NCBI GenBank assembly: GCA_963789725.1
Contig: CAWBLU010000001.1
Location: forward strand, 783,790-847,789
DNA length: 64,000 nt
DNA from: an uncultured Chloroflexia bacterium
Lineage (GTDB): Bacteria; Chloroflexota; Limnocylindria; Limnocylindrales; CSP1-4
Direction: 5' to 3'
The first letter of the stretch is position 1, and each line of letters begins with the position of its first letter. The notes under the pieces are model-generated. The model was not told the DNA's origin, did no database searches, and saw only the letters and a program-made list of their open reading frames with translations. A program made the translations under genes and the position numbers. This document shows, in pieces, positions 10,023-19,195 of this stretch.

Positions 10023-11050
10023 GCGGGCGAGTCCGCCTGGCCAGATTGACCGATCTCGCCGCCATAGGGGAGTTGTCGCGCCTCTCCCAGCAGGACAATG
10101 TCGACGCGCGCTCCCTGGGACTGCCGGTCAGCGGCCCGAGGATCGGCGTGTTCAGCCTCTTCCGGCTGCCCCTCGGCGCCTTCCGCCCGAACGATCTCCT
10201 CTTCGTGTATGAGGACGAAGGCCGCATTTCGGGCCTGCTTCGAGTCGAGCGCGACGCGTCGCGCGACGAATGGACGATCGTGGAGCTCGACGCCATCGGC
10301 TCTGGCGATTCAGGCGACACCCGTTTCCGGCTCGTCCAGCACCTGATGCGCGACGGAGCCAAGCGCGGCGCCGTCCGCTTCCACGTGGCTTGCTCGGACG
10401 GCCAGGGCAATCCCGAGCTGTTCATGCAGGCAGGTTTCGCGAGATACGGCCAGGAACTGCTGCTCTTCCGCGGCACCGAGAAGCCCCTCCCGGCGGCCTG
10501 GTCGGACGATCAAATAAGGGAGGCCGGCATCAGGCCCTGCCAGCCGCTCGACGCCCTGCCACTGGCCCGCCTCTACGCCGCCGTGACGCCTCAGCCCGTT
10601 CTGCGCCTCGAGTCGTACCGCCTCAGCGATTGGGAGCGCCAGGGCTCCGCCTCCCGAGTCCCGCGATCTAGTCTCGCGCCGATCCTTCGCTTCGCGGAGA
10701 TGGAGTCCTACGTCCAGATGGCGTCCGGGGACGGCACCGGCGGATTGGCCGCCATGCTCCAGCTGGGGGTCGGTCGCGAAGAGCATCCCCACTATCTCAA
10801 GATCCTCGCCCGGCCGGAGACAGACGTGACCGAGGTCGTGAGCTTCGGCCTCGGGCTCCTGGGGTCGCGCGTCGGGAAGGGTGGAAATTGCCCCGACAAC
10901 GGCATAATGGCGCCCGTTCGAACGTATGAATCGCCGATAGACCGCCGCCTCGAGGACGCAGGCTTCGTCGCTCTGGACACGGTGACACTCCTGATGAAGG
11001 AAGCCGTCGTTCGCGTGGCCGAGCCGGCTCTCGTCCCGGCCGTACGCTAG
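10019..11050 (+). CDS. Hypothetical protein, possible tandem GNAT-like fold
   Basis: GTGA overlap with pdxT; VRLARLTDL and IRPCQPLD starts of two halves; LFMQAGF and LEDAGF GNAT-like C-terminal motifs. Confidence 0.6.
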   Translation: MSGRVRLARLTDLAAIGELSRLSQQDNVDARSLGLPVSGPRIGVFSLFRLPLGAFRPNDLLFVYEDEGRISGLLRVERDASRDEWTIVELDAIGSGDSGDTRFRLVQHLMRDGAKRGAVRFHVACSDGQGNPELFMQAGFARYGQELLLFRGTEKPLPAAWSDDQIREAGIRPCQPLDALPLARLYAAVTPQPVLRLESYRLSDWERQGSASRVPRSSLAPILRFAEMESYVQMASGDGTGGLAAMLQLGVGREEHPHYLKILARPETDVTEVVSFGLGLLGSRVGKGGNCPDNGIMAPVRTYESPIDRRLEDAGFVALDTVTLLMKEAVVRVAEPALVPAVR

Positions 11051-11067
11051 AAGCCCAAGGAGGAGAC

Positions 11068-13347
11068 GTGACCGATCAGGTACCGACGAACCGCAGACGC
11101 GAGTCGATCGACGACCTGAGCCTGCTCCTCGGAGCACTTCCGCCCGATGTCCTGGAGGCGGTCCGCGACCTGACCGACCCGACCCTGCTCATCGAGATCG
11201 TCATGGACCTGGGCCGGCAGCCCGAGGCGCGATTCGTCGACGGAGAGGTGACGCTGCTGGAGCGCGAGATCACCGAGTCGGACATCAAATACGTCGTCGA
11301 TCACATCGGCACCTTCGGCGACGACAACCGGGCCGGAATAGAACGGACGCTCCACCGCATCAGCGCCATCCGAAACCGGACGGGCAAGATCGTCGGGCTG
11401 ACCTGCCGCATCGGCCGCGCCGTCTACGGCACGATCGAGATCATCAACGACTTCGTCGAGTCGGGGAAGTCGATCCTCATCATGGGCCGGCCGGGCATCG
11501 GCAAGACGACGATGCTGCGCGAGGCGGCCCGCGTCCTGGCCGAAGACCACGGCAAGCGAGTGGTCGTCGTCGACACGTCCAACGAGATCGCGGGCGACGG
11601 CGACATTCCGCATCCGGCCATCGGTCGGGCCCGCCGCATGCAGGTCCGGACGCCGTCGGTCCAGCACGAGGTCATGATCGAGGCCGTCGAAAACCACATG
11701 CCCGAGGTCATCGTCATCGACGAGATCGGGACCGAACTGGAGGCGCAGGCGGCCCGCACCATCGCCGAGCGGGGCGTGCAGCTGATCGGCACCGCCCACG
11801 GCAACAACCTCGACAACCTGATGCTCAACCCAACTCTGACGGACCTCATCGGCGGCATCCAGACGGTGACACTCGGCGACGAGGAGGCGCGGCGCCGCCG
11901 CTCGCAGAAGAGCGTCCTAGAACGCAAGGCGCCGCCGACGTTCGACGTGATCGTCGAGATCCTCGACCGCGAGAGGGTCACCGTCCATGCCGACGTGGCG
12001 GAAACGATCGACGCCCTGCTCCGCGGCGACCCGATCTCGGCCGAGCTGCGCTGGCGCGACGAGGGCGGTGTCCACCGTTCCCAGTCGCGGCCGAAGCCGT
12101 CGCCGCGCGAAGCGATGACCAGCGACCGGTTCGGCAGCGACCGCTTCGCGGGCCTGGTCGGCGCCGGGGCGGGATGGCGGACCGAGCCGGGTTGGCGCGG
12201 TTCGGGCTCATATCGGGCGCCGTCAGATTGGCGCGACGCCGACCGCGGCGGAGCCCGGCCCGGCTACCGGCCAGGCGCCGGCGGCGGCTGGCGGGCACCC
12301 GCGCGCGGAGCCCGCGAGGTTCGCGAAGGGGCGCGGCGGTCCCACGGCGACGCATCGGGCGGCGGCCCGGGGGCCGGTGGTGCCGGAGGGACCGGCGCCG
12401 GCGGCTCCGGAGGGCCTGGCGGGGTATCGGGTTGGGCCGGGCCGGGTTCGAGAACGCTCCCCGGCGAGAGGTTCGCGGCGCCTCCCGGACTCGGCCCGAA
12501 TGCGGGCGGCGAGCCATTCCGAGCCGGTGAGATCGCCGATCGTGGCCCGATCGAACGCGGTCCAGTTCCGGTGCCGGAGCCGCGTGCCCGCGAGCTGCGG
12601 GAGCTCGAGCGGCAGCGGTCCTGGGCTCTGCAGGCCACGAAGGCACTCAACGACTATCGCGCCGACGCGGTTGAGGACGAACCGCCTGTGGGGGTCGGCG
12701 CGCCACCGGTAACGCTTGGATCGACCGCGGCCGTGGGCACGGCGCCCGACGACGCGGAGGAATTCGACCGAGAGGACCTTGAAGACGAGCTCGGCGAGGA
12801 TGACGAGGCTCTGGCCGACGTCGTCCGGATGCGTGCCGGAGCGGACGGCGAGAACGGGGACGGCCCCGCGCTTCGGGTCCGCCAGGCGGAGACGATCCTC
12901 CCGACGCTCCGCGTTCTGCCGCACGGCATAAGCCGCAAGCGCCTGGAGCTGGCTATAAAGGAACTGCAGCTGCCGGTGATCATCGCTCGCGACCCCGACG
13001 AGGCCGACGTGGCGATGACTCTCAAGAGCGAGTACCGCCAGAAGACGACTACGCTCCGCGAGGCCGAGGATCGTGGCCTGCCGATCTACGTCCTCAAGAG
13101 CAACACCATCGTCCAGATGGAGGCCAGCCTGACCTCGATCTTCTCGCTCGAGGTCGATCCCCGCGAGGCGGCCCTGCGAGAGGCCGAGGAAGCAATCGGC
13201 CTGGTCATCCGGGCGTCCGAGCCGGTCGAACTGTCGCCCCAGAACGCCTACATTCGGCGCCTCCAGCACCAGATGGCGGAGCGCGCCAACCTGGTCTCCC
13301 GCTCACGCGGCCGCGAGCCCTACCGGCGCGTCCGGCTCTATCCATAG
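11068..13347 (+). CDS. Ycf45/SpoIIIAA-like AAA ATPase with C-terminal R3H domain
   Basis: Strong SD aaggagg; Walker A GRPGIGKT; Walker B IVIDEIG; GTAHG; R3H motif RRLQH. Confidence 0.9.
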   Translation: MTDQVPTNRRRESIDDLSLLLGALPPDVLEAVRDLTDPTLLIEIVMDLGRQPEARFVDGEVTLLEREITESDIKYVVDHIGTFGDDNRAGIERTLHRISAIRNRTGKIVGLTCRIGRAVYGTIEIINDFVESGKSILIMGRPGIGKTTMLREAARVLAEDHGKRVVVVDTSNEIAGDGDIPHPAIGRARRMQVRTPSVQHEVMIEAVENHMPEVIVIDEIGTELEAQAARTIAERGVQLIGTAHGNNLDNLMLNPTLTDLIGGIQTVTLGDEEARRRRSQKSVLERKAPPTFDVIVEILDRERVTVHADVAETIDALLRGDPISAELRWRDEGGVHRSQSRPKPSPREAMTSDRFGSDRFAGLVGAGAGWRTEPGWRGSGSYRAPSDWRDADRGGARPGYRPGAGGGWRAPARGAREVREGARRSHGDASGGGPGAGGAGGTGAGGSGGPGGVSGWAGPGSRTLPGERFAAPPGLGPNAGGEPFRAGEIADRGPIERGPVPVPEPRARELRELERQRSWALQATKALNDYRADAVEDEPPVGVGAPPVTLGSTAAVGTAPDDAEEFDREDLEDELGEDDEALADVVRMRAGADGENGDGPALRVRQAETILPTLRVLPHGISRKRLELAIKELQLPVIIARDPDEADVAMTLKSEYRQKTTTLREAEDRGLPIYVLKSNTIVQMEASLTSIFSLEVDPREAALREAEEAIGLVIRASEPVELSPQNAYIRRLQHQMAERANLVSRSRGREPYRRVRLYP

Positions 13348-13390
13348 GCTGCCGAAGGGCCGGCACCGGGCCCTGGCGCGTTCGGCCGGC

Positions 13391-14152
13391 TCAGATGGGG
13401 GCGGCGATCTTCACGCCCGACGTCGTCTCGATGGTCCATTGCTGGTCCAGGGCGACGGTCACGGGTACCTCGCTCACTGTGTCTTGATAGGTGCCGGTGA
13501 CCTCGATGACCGCGGGGCTACCGTCGTCCGCGACCCAGAAGACCAGTTCGAGCTCGTAGTGCGTGCCCGTGCCGGCGGCCTGCAGCGCCGCGGCGAGGGC
13601 CGCGGTGTCGACGGCCTCGATGCGATGCAGCACGACCCCGTTCTTCGTCTCGGAGCCGGTGTCGTTCATTACCTGGACAGCGGTGAGCATCTCGGCCATC
13701 CCGGCCGCATCCGCCGGCGTGCGGTTGCGCTTGGTCCATTTGCCGCCGTTGTCGCGGCTGTATGTGGTCTTCCCCAGCATCACCCGATCCTCGGTCCTGG
13801 CCACGCCCAGGATCCTGGTCGTGAGGGACGAACTGGCGTCGCCGGCCCGATACGCAATGGTCCCGGTTGAGACTTCCTGGACCAGGACGTTGGGCCCCGA
13901 AATCGTCGACGTCTGGTCGACCGAGGCGGTGAACTGGAGGTTGGACCCGGCCAGGAAAGCCTTGAGCCGAGTAACCGGAACCGTCGAGGCAGCCGGACTC
14001 GGCGGCGGCTGGGTGCCGCTCGCGGGCAGGAGGTTGACCGCCGGCAGGTCGACGCTCCAATGCATGCCGGCCGCGCCAGCGATCAGTGCGGCGCCGGCGA
14101 CCCAGAGCGCCGCCTCGGCGGCGAAGGCGGTCATGCCGCCCAACTTGCTCAA
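13391..14152 (-). CDS. Membrane-anchored hypothetical protein, LppX/LolA-like beta-rich fold (tentative)
   Basis: GAGGAGG SD before TTG at 14152 (alternative ATG 14134); N-terminal hydrophobic helix; beta-rich body ending IAAPI. Confidence 0.6.
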   Translation of the reverse strand: MSKLGGMTAFAAEAALWVAGAALIAGAAGMHWSVDLPAVNLLPASGTQPPPSPAASTVPVTRLKAFLAGSNLQFTASVDQTSTISGPNVLVQEVSTGTIAYRAGDASSSLTTRILGVARTEDRVMLGKTTYSRDNGGKWTKRNRTPADAAGMAEMLTAVQVMNDTGSETKNGVVLHRIEAVDTAALAAALQAAGTGTHYELELVFWVADDGSPAVIEVTGTYQDTVSEVPVTVALDQQWTIETTSGVKIAAPI

Positions 14153-14514
14153 CCCTCGACCTCCTCGGCCAAATCCCGGCGTGGCCGGCCGGCTCCGGAC
14201 GCCACAACAGGATAGTCGGTCGATGGCTCGCGAAACTGGTCTGTCGTCAGCGGCCGCGCAACCACGGTCGGGCCGTATCCTCGATCCACCCGCCTCGGCT
14301 AGACTCGTCCGATGCAACTACATGGCACTGGCCGGTGCGGTGCCGGCCGGCCCGCGGGGTGGCCCGGAGGCGCAAGCCTCGGCCCGACGCACCGGGCAGC
14401 CTCGATGCCTGCGGTTGAAGGTGGCCGTGAGCCGGTGCGGGCACCGGGCGTGTCAAGCCCCGGCAACAGAATTCGGTTCGTCCTCAGTTCGGCTGTTGAG
14501 ATAAGTGAACCGGA

Positions 14515-15198
14515 ATGCGTTTCTCTGCGAATGTCTCTATGAGGGACACAGTGGCTGGCCCAACGCCGCTTGTCTCTCCCGACGCGTCGTCGGAGGGCCA
14601 GGCGGAGGCGGAGCTAATGCGGCAGGTTGCCGCCGGGGAAATCGGCGGACTCGAGACCCTATATGACCGCTATCACACGATGGCGTATGCCCTTGCCCTG
14701 CGGATCACCACCGAGACGGGCCTGGCTGAGGATGTCGTCCAGGACTCCTTCCTGGGCGTGTGGCGCAATGCCGGCCGATACGCCGAAGCCAAAGGCAGCG
14801 TTCGGGGCTGGCTTCTCGCCATCGTCCGTCACCGCGCCATAGACGCGATGCGCCGGCAGCGTGCCGGTGTCGCTCTGGGCGATGAAGTGGACGAGACCCT
14901 CCCCGCCGCACTGACCTTGCCGGACATCTGGCCCGAGGTCGCCGGGCGATTGGATGCGGAGCAGGTCCGCCGGGCCCTAACGGCTCTTCCGCCCGCCCAG
15001 CGCGAAGTAATCGAACTCGCCTATTTCGACGGCCTGACCCAGCGCGAGATTTCGGACCGGACCCATGCGCCGCTCGGCACCGTGAAGAGCAGGATGCGCC
15101 TCGGGCTTGTGTCGATGCGCCAGCAACTCACAGGCGAAGATAGTGGCGTCGGTAGACTCCTCCTGGCCTCGTCCAACGGGAAGAAGGGCATGGCATGA
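14515..15198 (+). CDS. ECF sigma-70 factor (SigK-like)
   Basis: AEDVVQDSFLGVW region 2; LAYFDGLTQREIS and PLGTVKSRMRLG region 4; true start may be 14539 or 14551. Confidence 0.92.
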   Translation: MRFSANVSMRDTVAGPTPLVSPDASSEGQAEAELMRQVAAGEIGGLETLYDRYHTMAYALALRITTETGLAEDVVQDSFLGVWRNAGRYAEAKGSVRGWLLAIVRHRAIDAMRRQRAGVALGDEVDETLPAALTLPDIWPEVAGRLDAEQVRRALTALPPAQREVIELAYFDGLTQREISDRTHAPLGTVKSRMRLGLVSMRQQLTGEDSGVGRLLLASSNGKKGMA

Positions 15199-16073
15199 GG
15201 ACCGAGTTGAGTTGCGATCGGGTCCGCGAGCTCGCCTCCGGCTTCGTGCTTGGGGCCCTGGATACGGGCGAGATGATTTCAGTGGCCGCCCATCTGGACG
15301 GCTGCCCGGAGGAGCACCCGGAGGTCTACGAGTTCGGCGGCGTCGTGCCATACCTGGCCCAGTCGCTGGAGCCCGTGGAGCCGCCCTCCTGGCTGCGTGA
15401 CTCCGTGATGGCCGCGGCCCGGGCGGACCTGGGGGCACGTCGCCGCGTCGGCAAGCCCTCCGAACGCAGAATTGTCGAGCCGGTCGCCGCCCCTGTGCCG
15501 GTCGTCTCGGCGTTCACCGTCGCCGGCGAGCAAGGCCGCGCCCCGGCGCCCGCGGCGAAGGTCGCCTCCCTCGCCGTCGCGCGCGTATCGCGGCGGCGCC
15601 GCGCCATGACCTGGAGCATGAGGATCGCGGCGGGCCTCGCGATTGTCGTCCTGACAGGTACGGGCATCGCCGTCCAGGGGAACCTGGCGAAGGCTCTCAA
15701 GGCCGCGTCGGAAGATTCCAATCTCAACTACGCCCTGATTCAGCATGACACCCGGTCGGCCGTCATGGCCTCGACCGGCGACTCCAAGGCCGGCGGCATT
15801 GCCGCTCTCCTGCCCACCGGGCACATCATTCTCAAGTTGTACGGCCTCGCGCCCACGAGCAACGACGAGGTCTACATGGCCTGGATCACCACGGACAAGG
15901 GCGGCCCGATCAAGGTGGGCTCGTTCACGCCTGACGACAACGGAGTCGGCTACCTGGAGGTGGATAACGTTCCCACCGCGGCCAGCCTGTGGCTCTACGT
16001 CTGCCAGGAACCGAACGCCAAGGTGCTGCTGCCCACCGGCCCGATCGTCGTCAGCGGCATGGTGACGCGCTGA
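15195..16073 (+). CDS. Anti-sigma factor, RskA-like
   Basis: ATGA overlap with the sigma gene; FVLGALD...HLDGC N-terminus; one TM helix; LAP...VYMAW and EP...PTGPIV RskA C-terminal motifs. Confidence 0.85.
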   Translation: MRTELSCDRVRELASGFVLGALDTGEMISVAAHLDGCPEEHPEVYEFGGVVPYLAQSLEPVEPPSWLRDSVMAAARADLGARRRVGKPSERRIVEPVAAPVPVVSAFTVAGEQGRAPAPAAKVASLAVARVSRRRRAMTWSMRIAAGLAIVVLTGTGIAVQGNLAKALKAASEDSNLNYALIQHDTRSAVMASTGDSKAGGIAALLPTGHIILKLYGLAPTSNDEVYMAWITTDKGGPIKVGSFTPDDNGVGYLEVDNVPTAASLWLYVCQEPNAKVLLPTGPIVVSGMVTR

Positions 16074-16127
16074 TCTGACGTCCGGCCCAGGTTTGCGGGA
16101 GCCCCGCGAAGGTACGCGCCGTCAACG

Positions 16128-17156
16128 CTAGGTTGTGACCGCCTGTGTCACCCGATCCCCGCCGGCCTTGAGGGCCTCGGCCATGGCCTTCTCGGCCACC
16201 GCCAGCAATTCTTCCGGCGTCCGGCCGTCGAGCGGGAAACCGGCGATCCCGGCGGAGATGGAGAGGGCCCGACCCTGGATCGGGGCGAGCCCGGCCACTC
16301 CTCGAACGAGCCGCTCGGCCACGACGAGGCCGTCCGGGCCCGGGGCGACGAGGATGAACTGGCTGTTTCCGTAGCGCGCGACCGTGTCCATCAGCCTGAC
16401 CGACTCGGCCACGGTCTGAGCCACGCGGCGAAGCGCCTCGTCCCCGGCAGCGTTGCCGCCGCTCTTCTGGATCTCGGTGAAGTTGTCTATCTCGAGGATC
16501 GCGAGGCTAAGTGGAACTCCCTGCCGGCCCGCCCGCGCAACCTCCAGTTCGAGCATCCGGTCCAAGGTGCGCCGGTTGGCGAGGCCGGTGAGCGGATCTG
16601 CGTGGGCCAGGCGGTCGAACCATTCCGCCCGCTCCGAGCCGAGTGACAGAGCCAGCGCCCGTTCGATGGCCACGGCGGCCAGATCGGCGATCGGCTCCGC
16701 GCCGGCAAGCGCCTCGTGGTCCGGCAAAGGCCCGGCGAATCCGAGGCCCATGACGCCGAGCGAGATCTCGATGCCCTCCCGCCGCACGACCAGGGGCAGA
16801 AGAACCGCCGTTGCCGACCCGCGCAGGATGGCCACGTGGGCCGCGTCGTCGACCTCGAGCGTGTGCCGCGTCCTGCTGACGTCGGCGAGGGGATCGTGGC
16901 TCTCCGACAGTGGCGAAATCGAGGCGGCGGCTTCGGCCTCTTCGGCGGCCACGCCGAGTGTCACGGCCAGCTCCAGCTCGTCGCGGTCCGGATTGACGAT
17001 GTAGGCGGCTCCCGATCCGGCTCCGAGGTGTTCGGCCGCCAGCCCGAGCAGTTCGGCCAGCGAATTGTCCAGGTCGTCGCCACGCGCTACTGTCGCGGCC
17101 GCAGCCGAGAATAGCTGGCCAACGGTGCGGTTCTGAAGCGGTCGTTCACCGGACAC
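16128..17156 (-). CDS. GAF + degenerate GGDEF domain protein
   Basis: DPLTGLANRR present; active-site motif reads RYGNSQF; I-site RLMD; SISAGIA. Confidence 0.85.
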   Translation of the reverse strand: MSGERPLQNRTVGQLFSAAAATVARGDDLDNSLAELLGLAAEHLGAGSGAAYIVNPDRDELELAVTLGVAAEEAEAAASISPLSESHDPLADVSRTRHTLEVDDAAHVAILRGSATAVLLPLVVRREGIEISLGVMGLGFAGPLPDHEALAGAEPIADLAAVAIERALALSLGSERAEWFDRLAHADPLTGLANRRTLDRMLELEVARAGRQGVPLSLAILEIDNFTEIQKSGGNAAGDEALRRVAQTVAESVRLMDTVARYGNSQFILVAPGPDGLVVAERLVRGVAGLAPIQGRALSISAGIAGFPLDGRTPEELLAVAEKAMAEALKAGGDRVTQAVTT

Positions 17157-17231
17157 TTGATCCTCCCCGTACGCGGGACTGTGGTCCCCGTGGCGATTGT
17201 AGAGCCCGGTTCGCGAGACGGCGACGGGTGG

Positions 17232-17240
17232 TTATCCACA
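17232..17240 (+). promoter_or_regulatory. Consensus DnaA box TTATCCACA
   Basis: Exact 9-mer in the divergent intergenic region; a second TTGTCCACA lies at 17311-17319. Confidence 0.4.
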
Positions 17241-17291
17241 ACGTTGCGGTTGGCGCCCCGCCGGCCCCGATCGTCCGCCTATACTCCGCCC

Positions 17292-17621
17292 GTGAAGCTC
17301 GTCATAGCGGTTGTCCACAACGAGGACGCTCGAGTCCTGATCGACGCCCTGCTGGCCCATGAATATCGGGCCACCTGGTTGCACAGTTCGGGTGGGTTCC
17401 TGAAGCAGTCCAACGCCACGATCCTCCTGGGCGTCGATGATGCCAAGGTAGACGACGTGGTCAACCTGGTCCGCGACAACTGCCGGGCCCGGACCCAGAC
17501 CGTGAGCCCCATCCCGCCGATCATGGAGCCGGGCGAGTTCTTCATGCCGTACCCACTGGAGGTCGAGGTGGGCGGCGCGGTCATCTTCGTCATGCCGATA
17601 GAGCGCCTCGAGCGTATCTAG
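17292..17621 (+). CDS. darA: Cyclic-di-AMP receptor, PII-like (DarA/PstA/YaaQ)
   Basis: KLVIAVVHNED, SSGGFLKQSNATILLG and EVEVGGAVIFV motifs; TATACT 6 nt before the GTG. Confidence 0.92.
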   Translation: MKLVIAVVHNEDARVLIDALLAHEYRATWLHSSGGFLKQSNATILLGVDDAKVDDVVNLVRDNCRARTQTVSPIPPIMEPGEFFMPYPLEVEVGGAVIFVMPIERLERI

Positions 17622-17644
17622 CGGATGGCGGCTCCGGTGACGTC

Positions 17645-18196
17645 GTGAGCCCTTTCCGACCGGACCTGGTCGACTGCTGGATCTTCCGGTTCCGGCGCGC
17701 AGCCTCCGCGGGCGGGGCGTCGCCGGGGGTGGCGGCGGCAGGGGCCGTGCCCCCAACGCTGGACCTCGAGATCCTGCTCATGCGGCGCTCCCCCGGGCGG
17801 ATCCTGCCCGGTCTCTGGCAGTGCGTCTCCGGTTCGCTCGAAGACGGGGAGTCCGTAACCGACGGCGCTCTGCGGGAGTTGCGCGAGGAGACGGGTTACG
17901 GCCCCGAGCATATTCGGGGCTTCTACGACCTCGACCAGGTCAACCAGTTCCACGAGCCGTCGGTCGGCGGCATCGTGACGAGCGCGATATTCGCGGTCCG
18001 CGTCAATCCGGCCGCCGAGCCGACGCTTTCTCACGAGCACGACGCGATGCGGTGGGTCTCGCCCGACGAAGCCCTCGAACTGGCGGTCTGGCCGGCCTAC
18101 CGCGAGTCGATCCGCCGCATCGTCGAGAACCTGATCGACCCCGAACGGGCGGTCTGGTTCGAGCTCACGCTGGGCGGCGAGCGCGCCCGGCGGTAG
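17645..18196 (+). CDS. NUDIX hydrolase (NudB-like)
   Basis: WQCVSG + GSLEDGESVTDGALRELREETG Nudix box; LSHEH. Confidence 0.88.
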   Translation: MSPFRPDLVDCWIFRFRRAASAGGASPGVAAAGAVPPTLDLEILLMRRSPGRILPGLWQCVSGSLEDGESVTDGALRELREETGYGPEHIRGFYDLDQVNQFHEPSVGGIVTSAIFAVRVNPAAEPTLSHEHDAMRWVSPDEALELAVWPAYRESIRRIVENLIDPERAVWFELTLGGERARR

Positions 18197-18268
18197 CGAC
18201 GGCCGCCCGCGGGTGGCTGACAAACTCGACCCGGCCATATATCCATTTGGCGCAGCCCGTGCCTCCTA

Positions 18269-18771
18269 ATGATGTTCGCCTCGATCAAGGGCAGCTTCCT
18301 GCTGGGCGGCCGCTTCTCCAGACCCGATTTCGTGCCACCCTGTCCGGCCCCGATCAACAAGTCGGCGGCCGAACAGCGGCTGATCCCGTACTGCTACCCG
18401 CAGTCGATCGACGGCCTGGCCATTTCGCCCGCGAGCGCGGTCGACGGGCCGAGAACGAGATCGTCGTGGCCCGCGTCCACGTCAACGACCCGCTCGCGGC
18501 CCAATGCCCGGCCGCCGCTCAAACCGACTGTCAGGCGGCAATCGTCGTCGAATCGGTGGTCTGGCGCTCGGACGAACCGATCACCGGCGTCCCGCCGTCG
18601 ACCGACCACGGCTCTCCCAGCGCGGTCCCATCGTCGACGGCGAACTCATCGAACCGCGTCGAGCCGTCGGTGGGTACGGGCACGGGGAGGGCTCTGCCGT
18701 CGCCGGACCCGAGCGCGAGTCTTCTCGCGCCGCCCTCGCCTCCAAGCCTGGTCCTGCCGAAAGCCTCGTGA
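18269..18771 (+). pseudogene. Frameshifted, probably N-truncated Cys-containing extracellular-domain gene
   Basis: Frame A (SFLLGG...PPCPAP...PYCYPQSIDG...VDGP) continues in another frame as ENEIVVARVHVNDPLAAQC...C...IVVESVVW after about 18450. Confidence 0.55.
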
Positions 18772-18869
18772 CCGTGCCGGGACGCTGAACCCTGGACGCA
18801 TGCCCGATGATTGGACGCCACGGCTCGAGTCCGGGGGCGCGGGCCGGGCCGGCCAAAGCAGGAGGCGGT

Positions 18870-19175
18870 ATGTACGTCACGATCGTCTACGTCCACGTCA
18901 AGCCCGAGCATGTCGACGATTTCATCGAGGCGATACGCCCGAACCAGGAGGGCTCGGTGCGGGAGCCCGGCAATCTCCGGTTCGACATCCTGCAGTCCGT
19001 CGACGATCCGACCCGCTTCGTGGCCTATGAGGCTTACGTCGACGAGGCCGCCGCGAAGGCCCACAAGGAGACGCCGCACTACCTTGCCTGGCGCGATGCA
19101 GCGACCGATTGGATGGCGGAGCCCCGCCAGGGCGTCCGATACGAAGGGCTCTACCCGTCGACCTCGGCCCAGTAG
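18870..19175 (+). CDS. ABM-domain protein (LsrG/putative quinol monooxygenase-like)
   Basis: GGAGG SD; EPGNLRFDILQ, YEAY and AHKETPHYLAWRD motifs. Confidence 0.85.
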   Translation: MYVTIVYVHVKPEHVDDFIEAIRPNQEGSVREPGNLRFDILQSVDDPTRFVAYEAYVDEAAAKAHKETPHYLAWRDAATDWMAEPRQGVRYEGLYPSTSAQ

Positions 19176-19195
19176 CCCGCGGGCGAGCGACGACG

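Noticed and set aside
14320-14460. Riboswitch upstream of the SigK-like sigma gene
   Set aside because: Only a GCAA-capped hairpin and generic GC pairing; no recognisable aptamer consensus
17157-17320. Replication origin
   Set aside because: Only two DnaA-like boxes, no AT-rich unwinding element, and no dnaA/dnaN nearby
18870-19175. AI-2 quorum-sensing (lsr) system
   Set aside because: Only an LsrG-like ABM gene; no lsrK/R/ACDB/F in the window
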